Source: Camelus dromedarius (taxonomy: Eukaryota). From it: a stretch of DNA of 64,000 nucleotides. The translations under genes and the position numbers were made by a program. The notes beneath the pieces were generated by a model. That model was not told where the DNA came from, searched no databases, and saw only the letters and a program-made list of their open reading frames with translations. Each line of letters opens with the position of its first letter. Position 1 is the stretch's first letter. The stretch spans positions 64,110,001 to 64,174,000 of the forward strand of contig NC_087437.1 of NCBI RefSeq assembly GCF_036321535.1, written 5' to 3'. This document shows positions 37,101 to 51,300 of this stretch, piece by piece.

Positions 37101-40100
37101 TCCATCAAAGTAGCAGCTCCCTGCACCCCAAGTCCCTTCCCCCATCAGAGTACAAGGCGCTCTCCAGAGCCCAGCAGCACCCAGGGTACCTGGCACAGAA
37201 GTCCTTAGCCTCACCCTCCACCACAGCTGGAGGCCATGGGGCAGAGGGCACTGGCTTCTCTCCTCACTTTCCAGACTCCCTGCAGTGACCCCCTAGCAGG
37301 TGCCTGCTCGTTTCAGGATCTGCCAAACAACCCTCTAGCCTAGAAGCCCACCCTCATCCCCTCCCTCTATGGTTTTGCCCACCCCTCAGACACCATAGAA
37401 AGAGCACTGCTGCCGAAGTCAGACAGACCTCGGGTCAAACCCAGGCACCATCACTTACAGCAAGATGATCTCAGATGTTATGAGCCTTCAGAGGGCCATT
37501 TTCCTGCCTGTGAAGTGGAGACGGTAATACTGATACCTGCCTTACGGGGTTGGCTGAGGATTAAATGAGGGGGAAAAAGTACACAGAGAACCTAACATAA
37601 CGCTTGGCACACAGAAGCACATAATAATCATAATTATCTGTAGGAGTACTATTAAGGAGACAAATCACAGATAGAGCAAGGACAACAGTAAAACGGGCAC
37701 CACCTTTTCCTCTCCAGGGCCCTGCCTGCAATCAGGCAAAACAGCACATCCAGGCAGGAAGAAATGTGCACGTATACACATCCAGACTAATCACCCATCT
37801 GCACAGCGACCCAGACCAACAGGCCACGCACCACATGGAGGATGGTCCTTCCAGGTTTTGTGCCCATTTGCCTCTCACAATAACCTGATGAGTGGGCATA
37901 AGCCTCATCCTACAGATGAAGAAACTGAGGCTCAGAGAGGTTAACTTACCAAAGTCACACAGTAGGTCAGTCACAGAGCTAGGACTAGAGCTCAGGCCTC
38001 CCAGGTCCTGGCCAGAGGTGGTCTGCCTCTCTCCACCCCACAAGCTCCCTGGACTTGCAGCAATCCAAGGGGACCACCTTCCCTAGAGCACCTCCTTCCC
38101 AGTCTAGACCCATCAAAGCACAAATCTTCCAAAATCCCCTGACAAAGATGGTCTCAGCAGGGATTTACACTAATCCTCTGCTTCCTGCAGGCCCAGAGCA
38201 CCCTGTCAGTTGGCCCCCTTCTCAAGGCCCTGGGGCAGGTAGCCCAGATCTGCTATTAATCAGGTGGGTGCAGGGGCCCAGCTCCTTTCTGCCTCACTCT
38301 CACTCTCACTCTCTAGCACCCCGTACACACAAGCTCCTCTCTCTTCACTTAACCTCACTCACCATCACCACCAGGCTGGAGCTGAAGAGTCGTACAATTC
38401 TGGAAAATAACAGGGAGAACAGTAATTGCCACATTACACCCTCAGCTTTAAAAAGCTCCAGATCTCTGGGGCGTGTGCCAGCATCCTCACATTCTCGATA
38501 GCCAGGAGCCTGCCTGTCATTTTAGACTCACTGTTCAATGCAGATCATGCAGCTAGAGGTATGCAATTATGCAAAAGCAACTTGCTGAAGGAAGAAGAGT
38601 TGAGGACAGAAATCTAACATTTAAGAAAAAGGGCGGAGGTGGGACTTGACCTTTTTTGCTCTGTCACCTGAAAAAAGATATCCTTCTTATGTTGGAAGCT
38701 GTGAAGAAACTGGTTTAATTTAATGTAGCCCACATTTTGCTCAAAATAGTTTTGAAATGTCAGGATCTCAATCTAGACTCTTAGGAGCTGGTGGTAAAGG
38801 GATCCAGGAATAAGGTTAAAAACAGATGACCTGAACCTGAGGTCAGGGAACTCCAGCTGGCTGAGTATTTAGAGCTGGAAGTTTGGTAGCAAGAGTCAGA
38901 AACCCAAGTTTTGTGCTGGTTTTGATACTGACTGGCTGTGTGACCGTGGACAAGCCATTTCTCCTTCTCTGTTTCTTTCTCCGTAAAATGAAGAGGTTGA
39001 AAGTGATTTCCAAACTCCTTTCCAACTGTGATATTTTGCAAACCTGTTCTCATGACCACTACCAGAGAAGTACCGCTAAGTAAATTACACTTGTGAAGAA
39101 ACTTTTGAGTTGCCCTGGGCATGTGGCCACCCACACTAAGCCAAACCTCTTAAGTCTCCCTTGCAGCAAGTGTGGCCATGTGATTAAATTCCAGCCCCTG
39201 GAATGTAAAAAGAAGTGTTATGAGGCAACTTTTAGGAACTATACTTAACAGACTTCTGATAAGAGTCTTCTTAGTACCCTCCTCCTTCCTGCCAGCTACA
39301 ATTTGGAAAGATGGCTGGAACTCAAGCAGCCACCTTAAGACAATGAGGTAGAAGGACTTGCTAAAGATGTGGAGTATCAGATAGAAGGTACCTGGGTCCG
39401 TGATATTGCAGAGGGATACACTGGCCCTGGAACACCCCTTTCAAGGCTTCTATGTGAGTGAAATAAACAACCTTTGTAAGGCACCATCATTCTGGGTTTC
39501 CTGGCACGCACACAAATAGATCTTGAGTGTCCACCAAAACAAAAGCTTTAACGGGAAGGAAGTGTTAACATCTGCTCCAGCTGGGATATTTCAAAGTGTC
39601 TAAAGCATCAAATCAAGCATTATACTTTGGATAAACTGGTACGAGGAACAAGACAGAGAGAGACTATCAAGGGTTTGATTTACTTCTCCTCACTACCCAA
39701 GTTTCACTGTGCCTGTTCCTATCAGTATCTTGGTCACCCAGTGACAGCTGCCCACCAATGAAAGGAAAATTAGCTAGTAACTCTCCAGTTTCCCTACAAC
39801 CTCAGCACTTTTCTAGCAAGGGAACCACTGCAGGAGACCGAAAGGCCAGGACCATCCCTTGTAGCTCACGGGCTTGAGCTGGGCTGGCTGGTTTCCTGAA
39901 TATAAGACTCCTCTCAACACTCCTCACAAGCCATCTCCAGCCTCCAGGTAGCCCCCTAAAGCCAAGAACTCAAAATCTCCTAGGGCTGCTCAAGACAGTG
40001 GAGCCCAGAAGGCTGTGGAAACTAAACTTGTTAATGCACAGAAGTCCATATCCTACTATTCCATCTTGGATAGCTCTGGCCATTAGAAAGTCCAAATTCC

Positions 40101-42303
40101 ACCCCTTCCCCAGTCATTCTGTCAACCTATCACACTCTGAAGACAGCAAACACATTCCCTCTTCTGTTTCTGTAGGTGAACTCCCCCAATTCCCCAGGTG
40201 TCCTCAAGTCCCTCAATGAACTGAATGATCTGCCCTGGACACAGCCATGCTCATGACTCCCAGGGCTATCTCCATGCCCGGAGCAGGGTGCAGAACCCGA
40301 TGAGAGTAATGTGCTACGTTACAACTATAATTTATTTGTGGAGATAAATATGTAGGCCTTCCTAATTCAAAATGCAGGAAGTTAATCTCAACACAAATCT
40401 TGACTGTTGGATTACAGCTTTTTTTAAAAAAGTTGAGAAACACCATTAGTGCATCACTTAAAATATGGCACCCAACTGTCATACGGTGCTGGCAAAAGCC
40501 TAAGCCAGTACAGTTCTTTTGGAGAGCTATTTGGCACAATTAATCAAGTATCTTAAAAGTATTTATGCTCCTTGACTTTGTAATTCCACTTTCGGGAATG
40601 TGTCCCGAGGAAATTAGCAGCGATTCTGACACATACATGACTCATACAGTCCTACTCATAAGAGTCAAAAATTCCAAACAACCTAAATATCCAACAGCAG
40701 GGGAATGGTTACTTAGAGTAAACCACTCAGCAGAATAAAACAGGCATTTAAATTATGTTTTAAAAGATTGTGCAATGAAAAAATATTTGTTTTCATGTTA
40801 AGTTTTTAAAAATAGAATCCAAAATGTACATGGTATGATTACAACCAAATGGAAAACTATGCTCAGAAAATGACTGTAAGAAAAAATGCACCAAAGTAAG
40901 ACATTGTCCTTGGACAGATTTTATTCTTCCCCTTTGTTTTCCTAACCCGTCATAATAGGCATGTCCAATTTAAATATTTAAAGAAAAACAATTACCACCA
41001 TTTGGCTACCATCATGGAAATAATGAACAATCTCAAAGCATCTCCCCACAAGAAAACAGAACTTTACAGTGGAAAAGCCTGGCAGAAACCCCCTTAACTA
41101 AGGGACCAGCGATAGTATCACCAGTAATGGGTCAAATCCACATGGGTCTCCTGATATAACGCACTGAAGGGACACGTCATCCAAAACCAAACTAAGGGAC
41201 ACTCTTCAAAAATGTCAAGGACCCAAAAGACAAAGCCCGAGAAACTGGCCCAGATGAAAGGAGACTAAAGAGATACAACAATTAAATTCAACTTGTGGCT
41301 CTGGATTGAGTCCTGAGCCAAACGCTACATTCCCGATTTTGACCACTGTACTCTGGCTATGTAAGAGAATGTCCTTGCCTTTTAGGAAATACTGAAGTAT
41401 TTATGGGACAAAGGAGAATCATGTCTGTAAACTTTATATACGCAGAGGGGGAATATGAGAAAACAAATGTGATTAAATGTTATTATTTGTGGAACTGGGC
41501 GAAGGACAGATGGAAATCCTTTGTATTGTTTTTCTACGTATTTATTTTCTGTTCGGTGGGGGGGGTAATAATTAAGTTTATTTATTTATTTAAATGGAAG
41601 GACTGGGGATTGAACCCAGGATCTCATGCATGGTAAGCACACACGCCCCCACTGAGCTATATACCCTCCACCCCACAGCTCTTCTGTAAGTCTGACTATT
41701 TCAAAATTAGTGTTGGGGAAAAAACACCTCAAATAAGACAGAAAAAAAAAAAAAAAAAAGAAGCCCAGAACAGAAACAAAGACTGCCCCTACCTCTTCTG
41801 CAGGCCTCCTGATACCCTCAGCCATCTAACCAGTGCTCACTGGCACTTTCCCAAGGAAGAGCAGTCCTTATCTGCCCTTCTTTACTGCCAGCTCATTTGA
41901 CATTATGTCGGGTTTTTTTTTATAACAACTATTATGTAAAATCTGCACAGTACTTTGCATGCAACACATACCTAGAATGGCTTTCACAAGAGAGAAAATG
42001 TTAATTTTCAAACACAGGTAATTTATGCCCCTTAAATGGGCAAATTTTAAGCATCTGTCACCAATTACCATGGCTAAATACTACTCTTCACAAGGAATAA
42101 AGGACTAACCACAAACCAAGTTTGAAGATTCCACCACTGATACTTCCCAGTGTTCAAATGTCTACCACCCAGCAGCCTTTGAAACAAAAATGAGCATCGT
42201 GAGTTCCTGGATGGCGGGAGAGGGAGAGAGGGAGGGGGAGGGGGGAGAGAGAGAGAGAGGGAGAGAGAGAGAGGGAGAGAGGGAGAGAGGGAGAGAGGGA
42301 GAG

Positions 42304-42334
<31 letters not shown>

Positions 42335-45300
42335 CACACAGAGCCTGGTGCTGGGATGTGGACCCCTGACTAGCTGCACCTGAGGAGCTAACTGTAGTTA
42401 AGAGAGAGAGAAATGGGGAAACACTTGGCCTGGGACAGAACCAAGAGAGGATTCCTTAATTCCAACACCCAGGGCCTAGGGAGGAGCCCATGATGATGAG
42501 GACAGCCGCAGCACAGATGGATGCCTGCTGTGTGACCAGGAGCCAGCTACGCTGCTTATGTGACCATCTAGTGTCATCATCTTGGCAAGTGAGTTAAGTA
42601 GGTACTTTCATTATACCTATTCTACAGATTAGGAAGCTGAGGAGAAGAGGGGTTAGAAACTTGCTCGACATTACACAGCAAGTAGGTAAGCGGGCTGTGA
42701 CTCAGATCCAAGTCTGACAGACTCTAGCACCGGGATCGAAGCACAAGACCAATTCCTAGAGCCATACACATCTCACCGCTTGCTCCTATAAATGCAAAGC
42801 CAGCTGCATTTCTTCTATTCTGCTTCCTTTAAAAACCCCACCTTCTATGTGGGCTACACAGTTTTCCTGCCTATGTTTCCACAATACCAATGTGGCTGTC
42901 AACAAGGAACAATTTGGGGGCGGGACAACTGATCCGAGAGCTTATAAAAACAGGTTTTTTCTTATCCTGAAATTGCAACTGCAGTGCATTTAACCAGACT
43001 TAAGTCCCTAAAGCTTTTAATGTTGTGGAAAACCTCTTTGAGAGCCAAGAGGGCTCTGGGTTGCTGCCAGCCTGGTGCGTCAGGCCTGCTAACGAGGAAG
43101 CGCTTGGAGAGGGAGCAGAGAATCAGGCAGCAGGTGAATTCCCACTCCGGAAATCCAACCCTGCCTCAAAGCTCCATTAATTGATAAGAAAATAACAACT
43201 CAAGTGCTCATGACCCATGGGGTATATCCGTGCTTTGACAAATGGTATCTCTCAATCCCCTGAAGCTAAGAGTCTAAACCAGTGTTTTCCAGCCATAAGG
43301 CCTTAACCCAAGAGCCGGGTCACAAAATCACTTCAGTGGGTTATCACCAGCATTTTTTAAAAATAACATTAAATAGAAGCATCAGTGTGTACCATAGGTA
43401 GCACACGTATTTGGTGAAACATGGTATCTGCTATGTTCACGTGTGTATGTACTTGATTATAATGTAAAATGCATAATTGTTCTTGCAGGAGTTGCAGTAA
43501 AAATGTATGAAAAACTGCTATAAACAATCTGTGTGGGAGGTGCTCTCATCCCCACTTACAGATGTGAAAACTGAGGTTCAAAGAAGTTAAGGGACTCAAC
43601 TTGGATGAAGCCTAAAAGGGCAGAGCCAGGACTCAGAGGTCTTCTGGGCACAGATCAGACATTCCTCTCTGCCCGTCAGTGTGCAGACTCCCCACTGGTT
43701 CCCTCGAGCTCTCTCCACTCCCCAGAGCTCCACCCAGAACAAGACCCGAGAGGTCAGCAAGTCTGCTTCCTCCTCCAATCCAGCTACTAAGCGTGACCAA
43801 CTGGAAAGAACTTCGATGACAGCCTGAGCCGTCTTTCCTCTGCTACCTGGCTGTGCACGATTCCCCAAAGACCATTGGAGAAAAGCAAAAATGGCACGTG
43901 CTCCAGCCAAGCGACACCTCACCGAGTCACTGATGTACGTGGCTTGGGACGTGGGCAGAAGCTGTGTCACAACACTCAGCCCACAGCAGCAACCCTGGCT
44001 GGCAAAATACTATCTATCACGTAAAATGAACGTTGACTTGTACATGCCTGGTTGTATCTGCACAACAGCAGTAAGTATAAGCTTCTTGGAAATACTGATT
44101 CTGGGGCCCTTGAAGAAAATCATCTCGTGGCTCTGAAGGGCCCAGGAATCCATTTTTACACATACCTCTTGAGGCGGTTTGGATCCATAGACAAGTTGGA
44201 AGGACACTGATCATCTTTTAATAACCCCCTCTCTGGACCCTATGCCACTCCCCTCTCCTTCACAGCCAGAATTGTCCATCTCCCTCCTCCCCTCCCAGCC
44301 ACTTCTCAGCCCTCTCAGGCCTGTCCCCACCACCGAAGAGGCTCTCGATAGGGGTTCCATCATGACTTCCACACGGACATCCTGACAGGCATCTCCACTC
44401 CTTGCTTTGCTCAGCCTTTTCAACCCAGGTGGAACCTGGGTCTCCCCCTTCTACCTCTCCAGCCAGCCGTCCTCTCTTCTCTGTAAATGCTCCTTGGCCA
44501 CCCTGAAAATGCTGAGGCTCCTTGGGGCTCACTCGGTCCACCTTCTCTTCCCGCCCCCAACTTTCTCCCCACAACCTGAGCAGCATCCCTAACTAACATC
44601 CCCAGCCCAGATCTCCCTTATGAGCACCACACCTTCACATCCTGCTCACCAGTGGCTCTTAAGCCAGGGTCAAGTATAATTCCCAAATGTTACAACTTAA
44701 TTCTCATACAAATAGAGATGGAGCATAAGGGACCCACTAAAATGATAAAGTGAGGTCAAAACAGGATATAAAAAAAGGTTAAATAAAAAGATTAAAAAAA
44801 GAAATTATAAGAAACTTATACATGGTCGATGAAAAAAAAGAACCCTGATATGATTGCTAAATGAGATACCAAGCTGGTTAATGTCCTGAAGGGTCTCTCT
44901 TCTCTACCAAACAAATCATTCGCATCCTTTCTAACTTTACAGAGTATGGGTCCTAAGGAAAAATAACCAAAGTAACACCCCCTAGAGCACCAGAAGCCCC
45001 TCAGGTGGGATTCCTGGACACTAGATCATCTTTTATTTCCAAGTTTTCAGATAATTTTTCTTTACCCTGAGGTCTATGAATTTGGATGGGGGACTGTCAC
45101 ATCTTTATTTTCACTAGTCTCTCACTGAAATTTAGCCTTCCCTTTTCTTAGGAACGTAGATAACCAATTACAGTAGCACTGTTAGTGTCCGTGACTTTGC
45201 CACCAACAGAAATCAGTTTCTCATCATACGATGATTGCTGCAGATATCCTGAAACACTTTCTATGCTTATCACTACTTAAAATTACAGAAGTTACCAGAC

Positions 45301-48300
45301 CATCTTATATGATGCTTTAAAAAACTAAATACTATTTTGCCACAACTTGTTACATTTTGATAACTATGTTACAATATCACTGGTTTCCTCTGTAATCCTA
45401 TGCATTCTGTTTTATATAGTTAAAACATTTTTCTAAAAAAGGGTCCACAGGTCTTCAGTGAAGCCTTTCCTGACTCCCTGCCGTAGGTGAGGGACCCGGT
45501 CATACACTCTCTTACCACCTGATACTTGATACTTTCTCCTTCCAGCACTTACTACCTGAATTAAGTAACAAAATAGTGGCTCTCTTCCGAAGCAATGGTA
45601 GGAAGGGATGGTACCATCCTGTTTATTGTTATGTCCCCAATGCCTTAGAATAGTATGTCTGGTGCATAAAAGACTCTCAAGAATTATCTGTTAAAAACAA
45701 ACCAAAAAAAAAAGAAAGACCTGTGGAACGAGTGAACATCTGTGACACATGTGGCCTGCAGATGGTGGTCCACGTTCCTTTGAAATAAGGAGAATGTACA
45801 GTACTCTGCCCAGGACCCAGCCAGGTCAGACCCCTTGCTGAGAGCAAACCTGCTTGTTCCTTGGGAGCCTGCCCTACTTGGCCCAACAACACAGCTTTCC
45901 AGCCAAGCCTACATCTTGGCTCAGATGCTAGATCACCTTTATGTTTAAGTTCCAGGGCAGGGACCTAGAGTTCCATTAATACCTTTCAAGGCAAGGATCA
46001 AAGGATCTGCTCACAAATTAAAAACACCTGCTCGTGCCAAGGGGCTAGAGGAATGGTGGGACTCTCTGAGGTGATAGATTCTCTACCCATGCCCCAGCCA
46101 GCTGTGAGGAGTGGGAAACTGAACCCACGCACAGGCTCACCATTAGGCTGGGAACAGAACACACATCCACCTGGGGGCTCAGTATGACCTTGGGGAATAA
46201 AAAGACGCAGAAAGGCTATTCTAACCTCACACTCCTGAGTGTTTAACCCTCTACTGCATGACCGCAAAGCGAATTATTCAGAAGTCGTCATAAACTGGTG
46301 TGTGGGAAGAGGCCCTGTTGGAGGGGACAGCTGGCTAGAGCTACGCTGGGAAGGTAATGACAAAGGCGGGAAGGGCCTGGCTGTGGCCCCTCCTCCCGCA
46401 CTCAACTCATCAGGGAGCTAAAGGGCAAGCATCACGGACACCCCAGGCAGATGGCTGGCGCCACTATTTCAGAAAACAGCACCTTCCAAGGATGCTGCTC
46501 ACACATTCAAGCGATCTACTCATCTGTCAACACTCTCGCCTTCCAGGCCATGCCCACCAACGGTCTACCTCCTCCCCTCTCTGTTCCCCCCCCCCAGCCC
46601 TCTCTCGGGGTAACAGTACTCAACCAGCTGGCCTCACCCAGATCATGTGGGACTCAAAACCAGGATGACATGAAATATACGGAAATGCTTTGCAAACTCT
46701 AGAGCCCTCAACAAATGTACCAGATGCTTTATAATTCTCATCCACAGATCAAATGAGTAGCCAGAAGCTCCAGTCAGTGCTGCAGGATGGGCAGGCAGGA
46801 AGGACAGACTAGCCCAGCAGTGTGTGGGCACAGTGCTCCTTTCCTCTCCCACTGAGACCTAGGACACCAGGTGTGGGGGAAGGGAAGGAGGGGGAATGGG
46901 TTTGGGGGGGCCAGTAAACTATAGAAGTCTGGTAGTGCAGAAGAACTTAGGCTCTCCTACACCCCATGCATCACTCTGGCCCACTGTCTCTTAGACAGCC
47001 TCCCAAACCTACCACAACCACCAGGGGAGACACAAGAGCCCCACAGAACAAAACCACAAAGCTGGGGCAAACCCTCCAGGGAGGCAGTGTGGTTGGTATC
47101 CCTATTCTCTGAAAGACAGCATTCATTTTCAGAAGAAAAGAGAAACAGAGCACTTAAATCCTGAGCCTCTACACACGTACAAACACTCACACACCCCTCA
47201 TCAGAAGGTTCCGTAGGGGCCCAGCAGGGCGGGGCAAAGAGCTCTGCTCCAGAGGATTGTGATGGGGAGAATTCCAGCAGTTCAGGATCGGGGGCATCCA
47301 TGCCTTGCAGCCTCTGCTCACACCCTCTCTGGCCCTTCCCTGGCTTCTGGGCACCCCTTCTTCAACATCTGAGTGACTGCCGTGGCTCCCATTTACTGGG
47401 CATGCCCACGTGCCATGCACCATGGTTCCTGGATTACTTCTCATCCTTTAGACTCTGCAAGGTGGATATTATTACCACCACTGACAAACAAGAACACAGG
47501 CAGGGCCCAAGGTCACACAGCTCCTGAGTGTCTAGCTGGCTAAAAGCCCATGTATTTCCACTACAGCACACTGGACTTCTTCTTGCAGACAACAAAGAAA
47601 GAAAGAGGAAGAAAGTGTTGTTTTGGGAAAATTAATCCAGTCTCTCCCGCTCCAGCCCAACCCCACACCGAGGCCTGACAGCTCTTGTTATTAAAAGGGC
47701 AGCTTTCATCGGGTCTCTCCATTGCCTACAGAATTGAGCCCCAAAGCTTTGCCAGGCATTTAGGGTTCTTTACGATCCACTTTTCCAGTTAGTTCTCCAG
47801 CTCAAATCTCTCCTTCCATTCAGCCTGGCCCATCACTCCTCACTGTCCATGTTTCTGTCTTGGATTCTCTGCCTGCAACACTAATTCCTTCAAACAAAAA
47901 TGGACTGGGGATGACTGCATGCCAGGTCCTGAGACAGGGAGGATCCCCATTGCCACAGAGCTCGGAGTCGGCCCTCCTTGTGAGGCGTGAGCCGGGGCCC
48001 TGGTTGCCCGGTGCCCCGGAGCCTGATCCTCGCCTGAATCTGCAGCAGTATGTCTGCCACTCCTACGGCACCCAGCCATTCTCCCAACTTATGTGCCAGT
48101 TGTTTTAAAACTTTCTCTGTAATGTGTTTATTTCTGTGGGAAAAGTGCACTCCAGGTTCCAAACAGCATTATAAATGGCAATTAGGCCCCCAGGCCAGCC
48201 CACAAAAGCCTATTAAATATATAATGGTGCAGAACCTAAATACGTGTATGTTAAAAGCTCTGCAGGAGAGAGCAGGGCAAACATCTGCTGCTTCCTGCAC

Positions 48301-51300
48301 CTCCGCCCACTGTCCCACTGGGTTCTGAGCTTCATGCCACCCTCAGGGGCAGAGGTCTGAGCAGCGGCTTGGGAGGAGGGAGGCAGGTGGGAGACAGGAG
48401 GCTGGTGATGGAGAGGGAGCGGGAAGAACGCTGATCTGTAATTAAGGAGTCTGGCTCACACTCCAGCTCTGTCTTTACAAACTGGTTGGCCTTGAGTGGG
48501 TGAGACCCTTACCTCTCAAAGCCTTACTTTTCTCTTATGAAATGAGAGAGCTGAGTCAGGTCAGTAGGATCAGACGTCTGAAACTCACAAATTAGCAGGA
48601 CATATTTTTAAAATATATATTTAAAATATATGTTTAAAAATATAACGTATAGAGTATATTATATATTTAAAAGTAAACTTTATCAATTAAAGGCTTTTTT
48701 AAAAAAAATCACCATATACTATCACTGCTTTCATTTTTTTCAAAAGGACACTATAAACCACTTCCCCCACCACCCTCAATATAGACACAACGTCAGAGAA
48801 ATGAAGTTTTGAAACTGAAAACACATGGATTCACTCCCCCCCAAAAAAAGCCATTCACCATTATTTTTCCAATTTGTCTGTGGACCAGTGAAAACTTCAT
48901 CACAGCCCAGCTCAAGTCTTTGGCCAGATGTTGGAATCCTCGAGTGGGGCGAGGCTGAGTCCTCTCCAGCTCTGACATTACTCCATTCTGAGCACTGCAC
49001 GTAGACTATAGAAAATCAGCTAGGGGACAAGGGGGTCAGCTGCCGAGAGGCGCTGTGTGGGACAGCAGGACGGAGCAGACAGCTGCAGGGATAGGGACAG
49101 GGCAGCCCACCCGGCCATGGGCCCCCAGGGCACAGACACCCAGCCTGGAAGGGCTGGAACCAACTTGTCCCAGGTACTGACTGCGACTCCTTCTACCCCA
49201 GCATTCTTGCGGGAAGCTGGGAGCTCCCAAAGGAAACTTGTTTAAAAGTTTCTTTACTAACTTTTGTGATCAAAAATGAATTCACATTCATATAGAAAAC
49301 TTGGGAAACACAAAGCAAGCAACAACTCCACCTTCCAGAACAATCACTGTTAACATTTGGACACACTGCTAATTCCTCAAACGCTTCTGGAGCTATCTGC
49401 CGCCACCCCAGGATTCAGTTTTGTATCCTGCTTTTCCCCTCATTATCACACTCAAGTACTTTTCCATGTCCTTAGATAGTTTTCACAAGCATCATAACAT
49501 ATTTTGATAGTAAGCCCAGCATTCCAGTAAATACATATATTCTGTATAAGTATCACTTTCCGTGGTATGGACAGGACCAGAAGTCATTTAAACATGCTGC
49601 TACTGTTAAGCATTTAAGCCATTTCCATATTTTTGCTATTGTAAAAAAAAAATGTGGTACGTGAACATCCCTATCCATGAATATCCGTAGACCCCTTTAT
49701 ACTTCTTTACATCCCTTGGGTCACAGCCCAGTGCTCTGTACATAACAGCCCTCAGTAAATACTGAGGGAACAAAGAAACCCAATCCATTCCCACGACCTG
49801 GGGAGCCAATACCAGAGGGACACAAAGATAAATTTACAGGCTCACCCTGGTGTCCGCCAGCCCACTCACCACTGACCCTGCACCTCTGCCTCACACCTGC
49901 TGAGCTAATCTTGAAGTTGGGGAAAGGAGAAAACATCTATGCCATGCTGAGGACTCCCAGGTTCGAGTGCCCTCCGCAAACCTACACACTCTCAACAGCT
50001 CCCGGCGGAGGGCACCAGCAGACCTCAACTGCCTGGCTGACCCCCACACTCCCTCCAGGCTGCTCAACCCAGGAAGGCTATGGCTGACCCTTCTGAGACA
50101 GGCTGGGACCTGGGACCCTTTACTGTGGTGCCTGCACCTGGACAAACATCTCCTCAAGCAACTATAAGGGACTAAAAATAACTGCACACATTGCCAGTCC
50201 GGCAATTATGAACAACAAGATACAAAAAGGCCAGAACCCAATAGCCACTTCTAAGGTGCCACACAGCACCACCAAGGGGATGGGCAGACACCTAGGCCAC
50301 CTCTCTGGCCCAACCCACTGATCCACCCCTACCCTCACCCAATTTAAGCAATCAGCTCTCTGTGGGGCAAGCAAGGGAATCTGTTACTTGTTTTCCCTCC
50401 GGTGCGTTACAGCACGAGCCCCAATAAAACCTTGCCTGAATTCCTCCTGTGGCCTCATCAATTTCTATTGATTAAAGAGCCCAAGGATCATGATAGGTAA
50501 CACTCCCTCTAAATTAACCTAAGGCTCCCCTCCAGTGGAGCTTCCAGCACTTTGGCTATTAGCACCCACTGTTCTGTCTTTCTTTGCTCACAGGACTGAC
50601 CCCCTCATCCCCAACCCAGGGCAATAACAGAGGGCAGAGCAATGTATGTTTTGCTCTTCACCCAAAATCCAACCCAGGGTCAGCCAATCCAAGCCAATGG
50701 GATTGATACATAAATGTTTGCTGAACAAAACTTCTTTCTGGTCAGGTTCCCAAGTCTTTTATTTTCACAGGAGGGAGAGGAAAAGGGAAGAAGAGAGGAA
50801 AGCAGGACCTCTTAAACAGCCCATCTGCAAAGACCTGATAGGGAAAGCACTGGAGATGGCCCCCTCCTCACAGTCCTGCAGTCCTGCAGTCCTGCCAGGC
50901 CTAGAAACCTGCCCAGGCCAACTAGCTTCAGGGAACAGAATGCAAACAGATCATCAAACACACTAGATTCAGGGAAATGCCATTGCCCCACTCCAGCCTA
51001 GTTCTCTCCAAGAGGGAGAATGGTCAGATCTAGCAGGGCAGGGAGCTTCCTTTCCCACCCACTTCCAGACAACCAGAAAACACAGGGCCACTCCTCAATG
51101 GTGATCCCCAAAGGGCAGGGTATTGAAAGATTTAAGTGTTTAAAGCAACTCAATCCATACTCCATTTTGTCTCCTTACGCTAGGTCCAATATCCTTGTCA
51201 CACCAAAAAAAAAAAAAAAAAAAACTGGAAAATCTAGCTTGAAGAGAGTATCAGCAGCAGGAAGTTCCCTGGACCTTTAGGGATAAAAAAGGAGCCATGA

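Noticed and set aside
14452..41675. Three tRNA-like sequences with A and B boxes
   Set aside because: They have A-rich tails and diverged stems, and one has an imperfect TSD: these are SINEs, not tRNA genes
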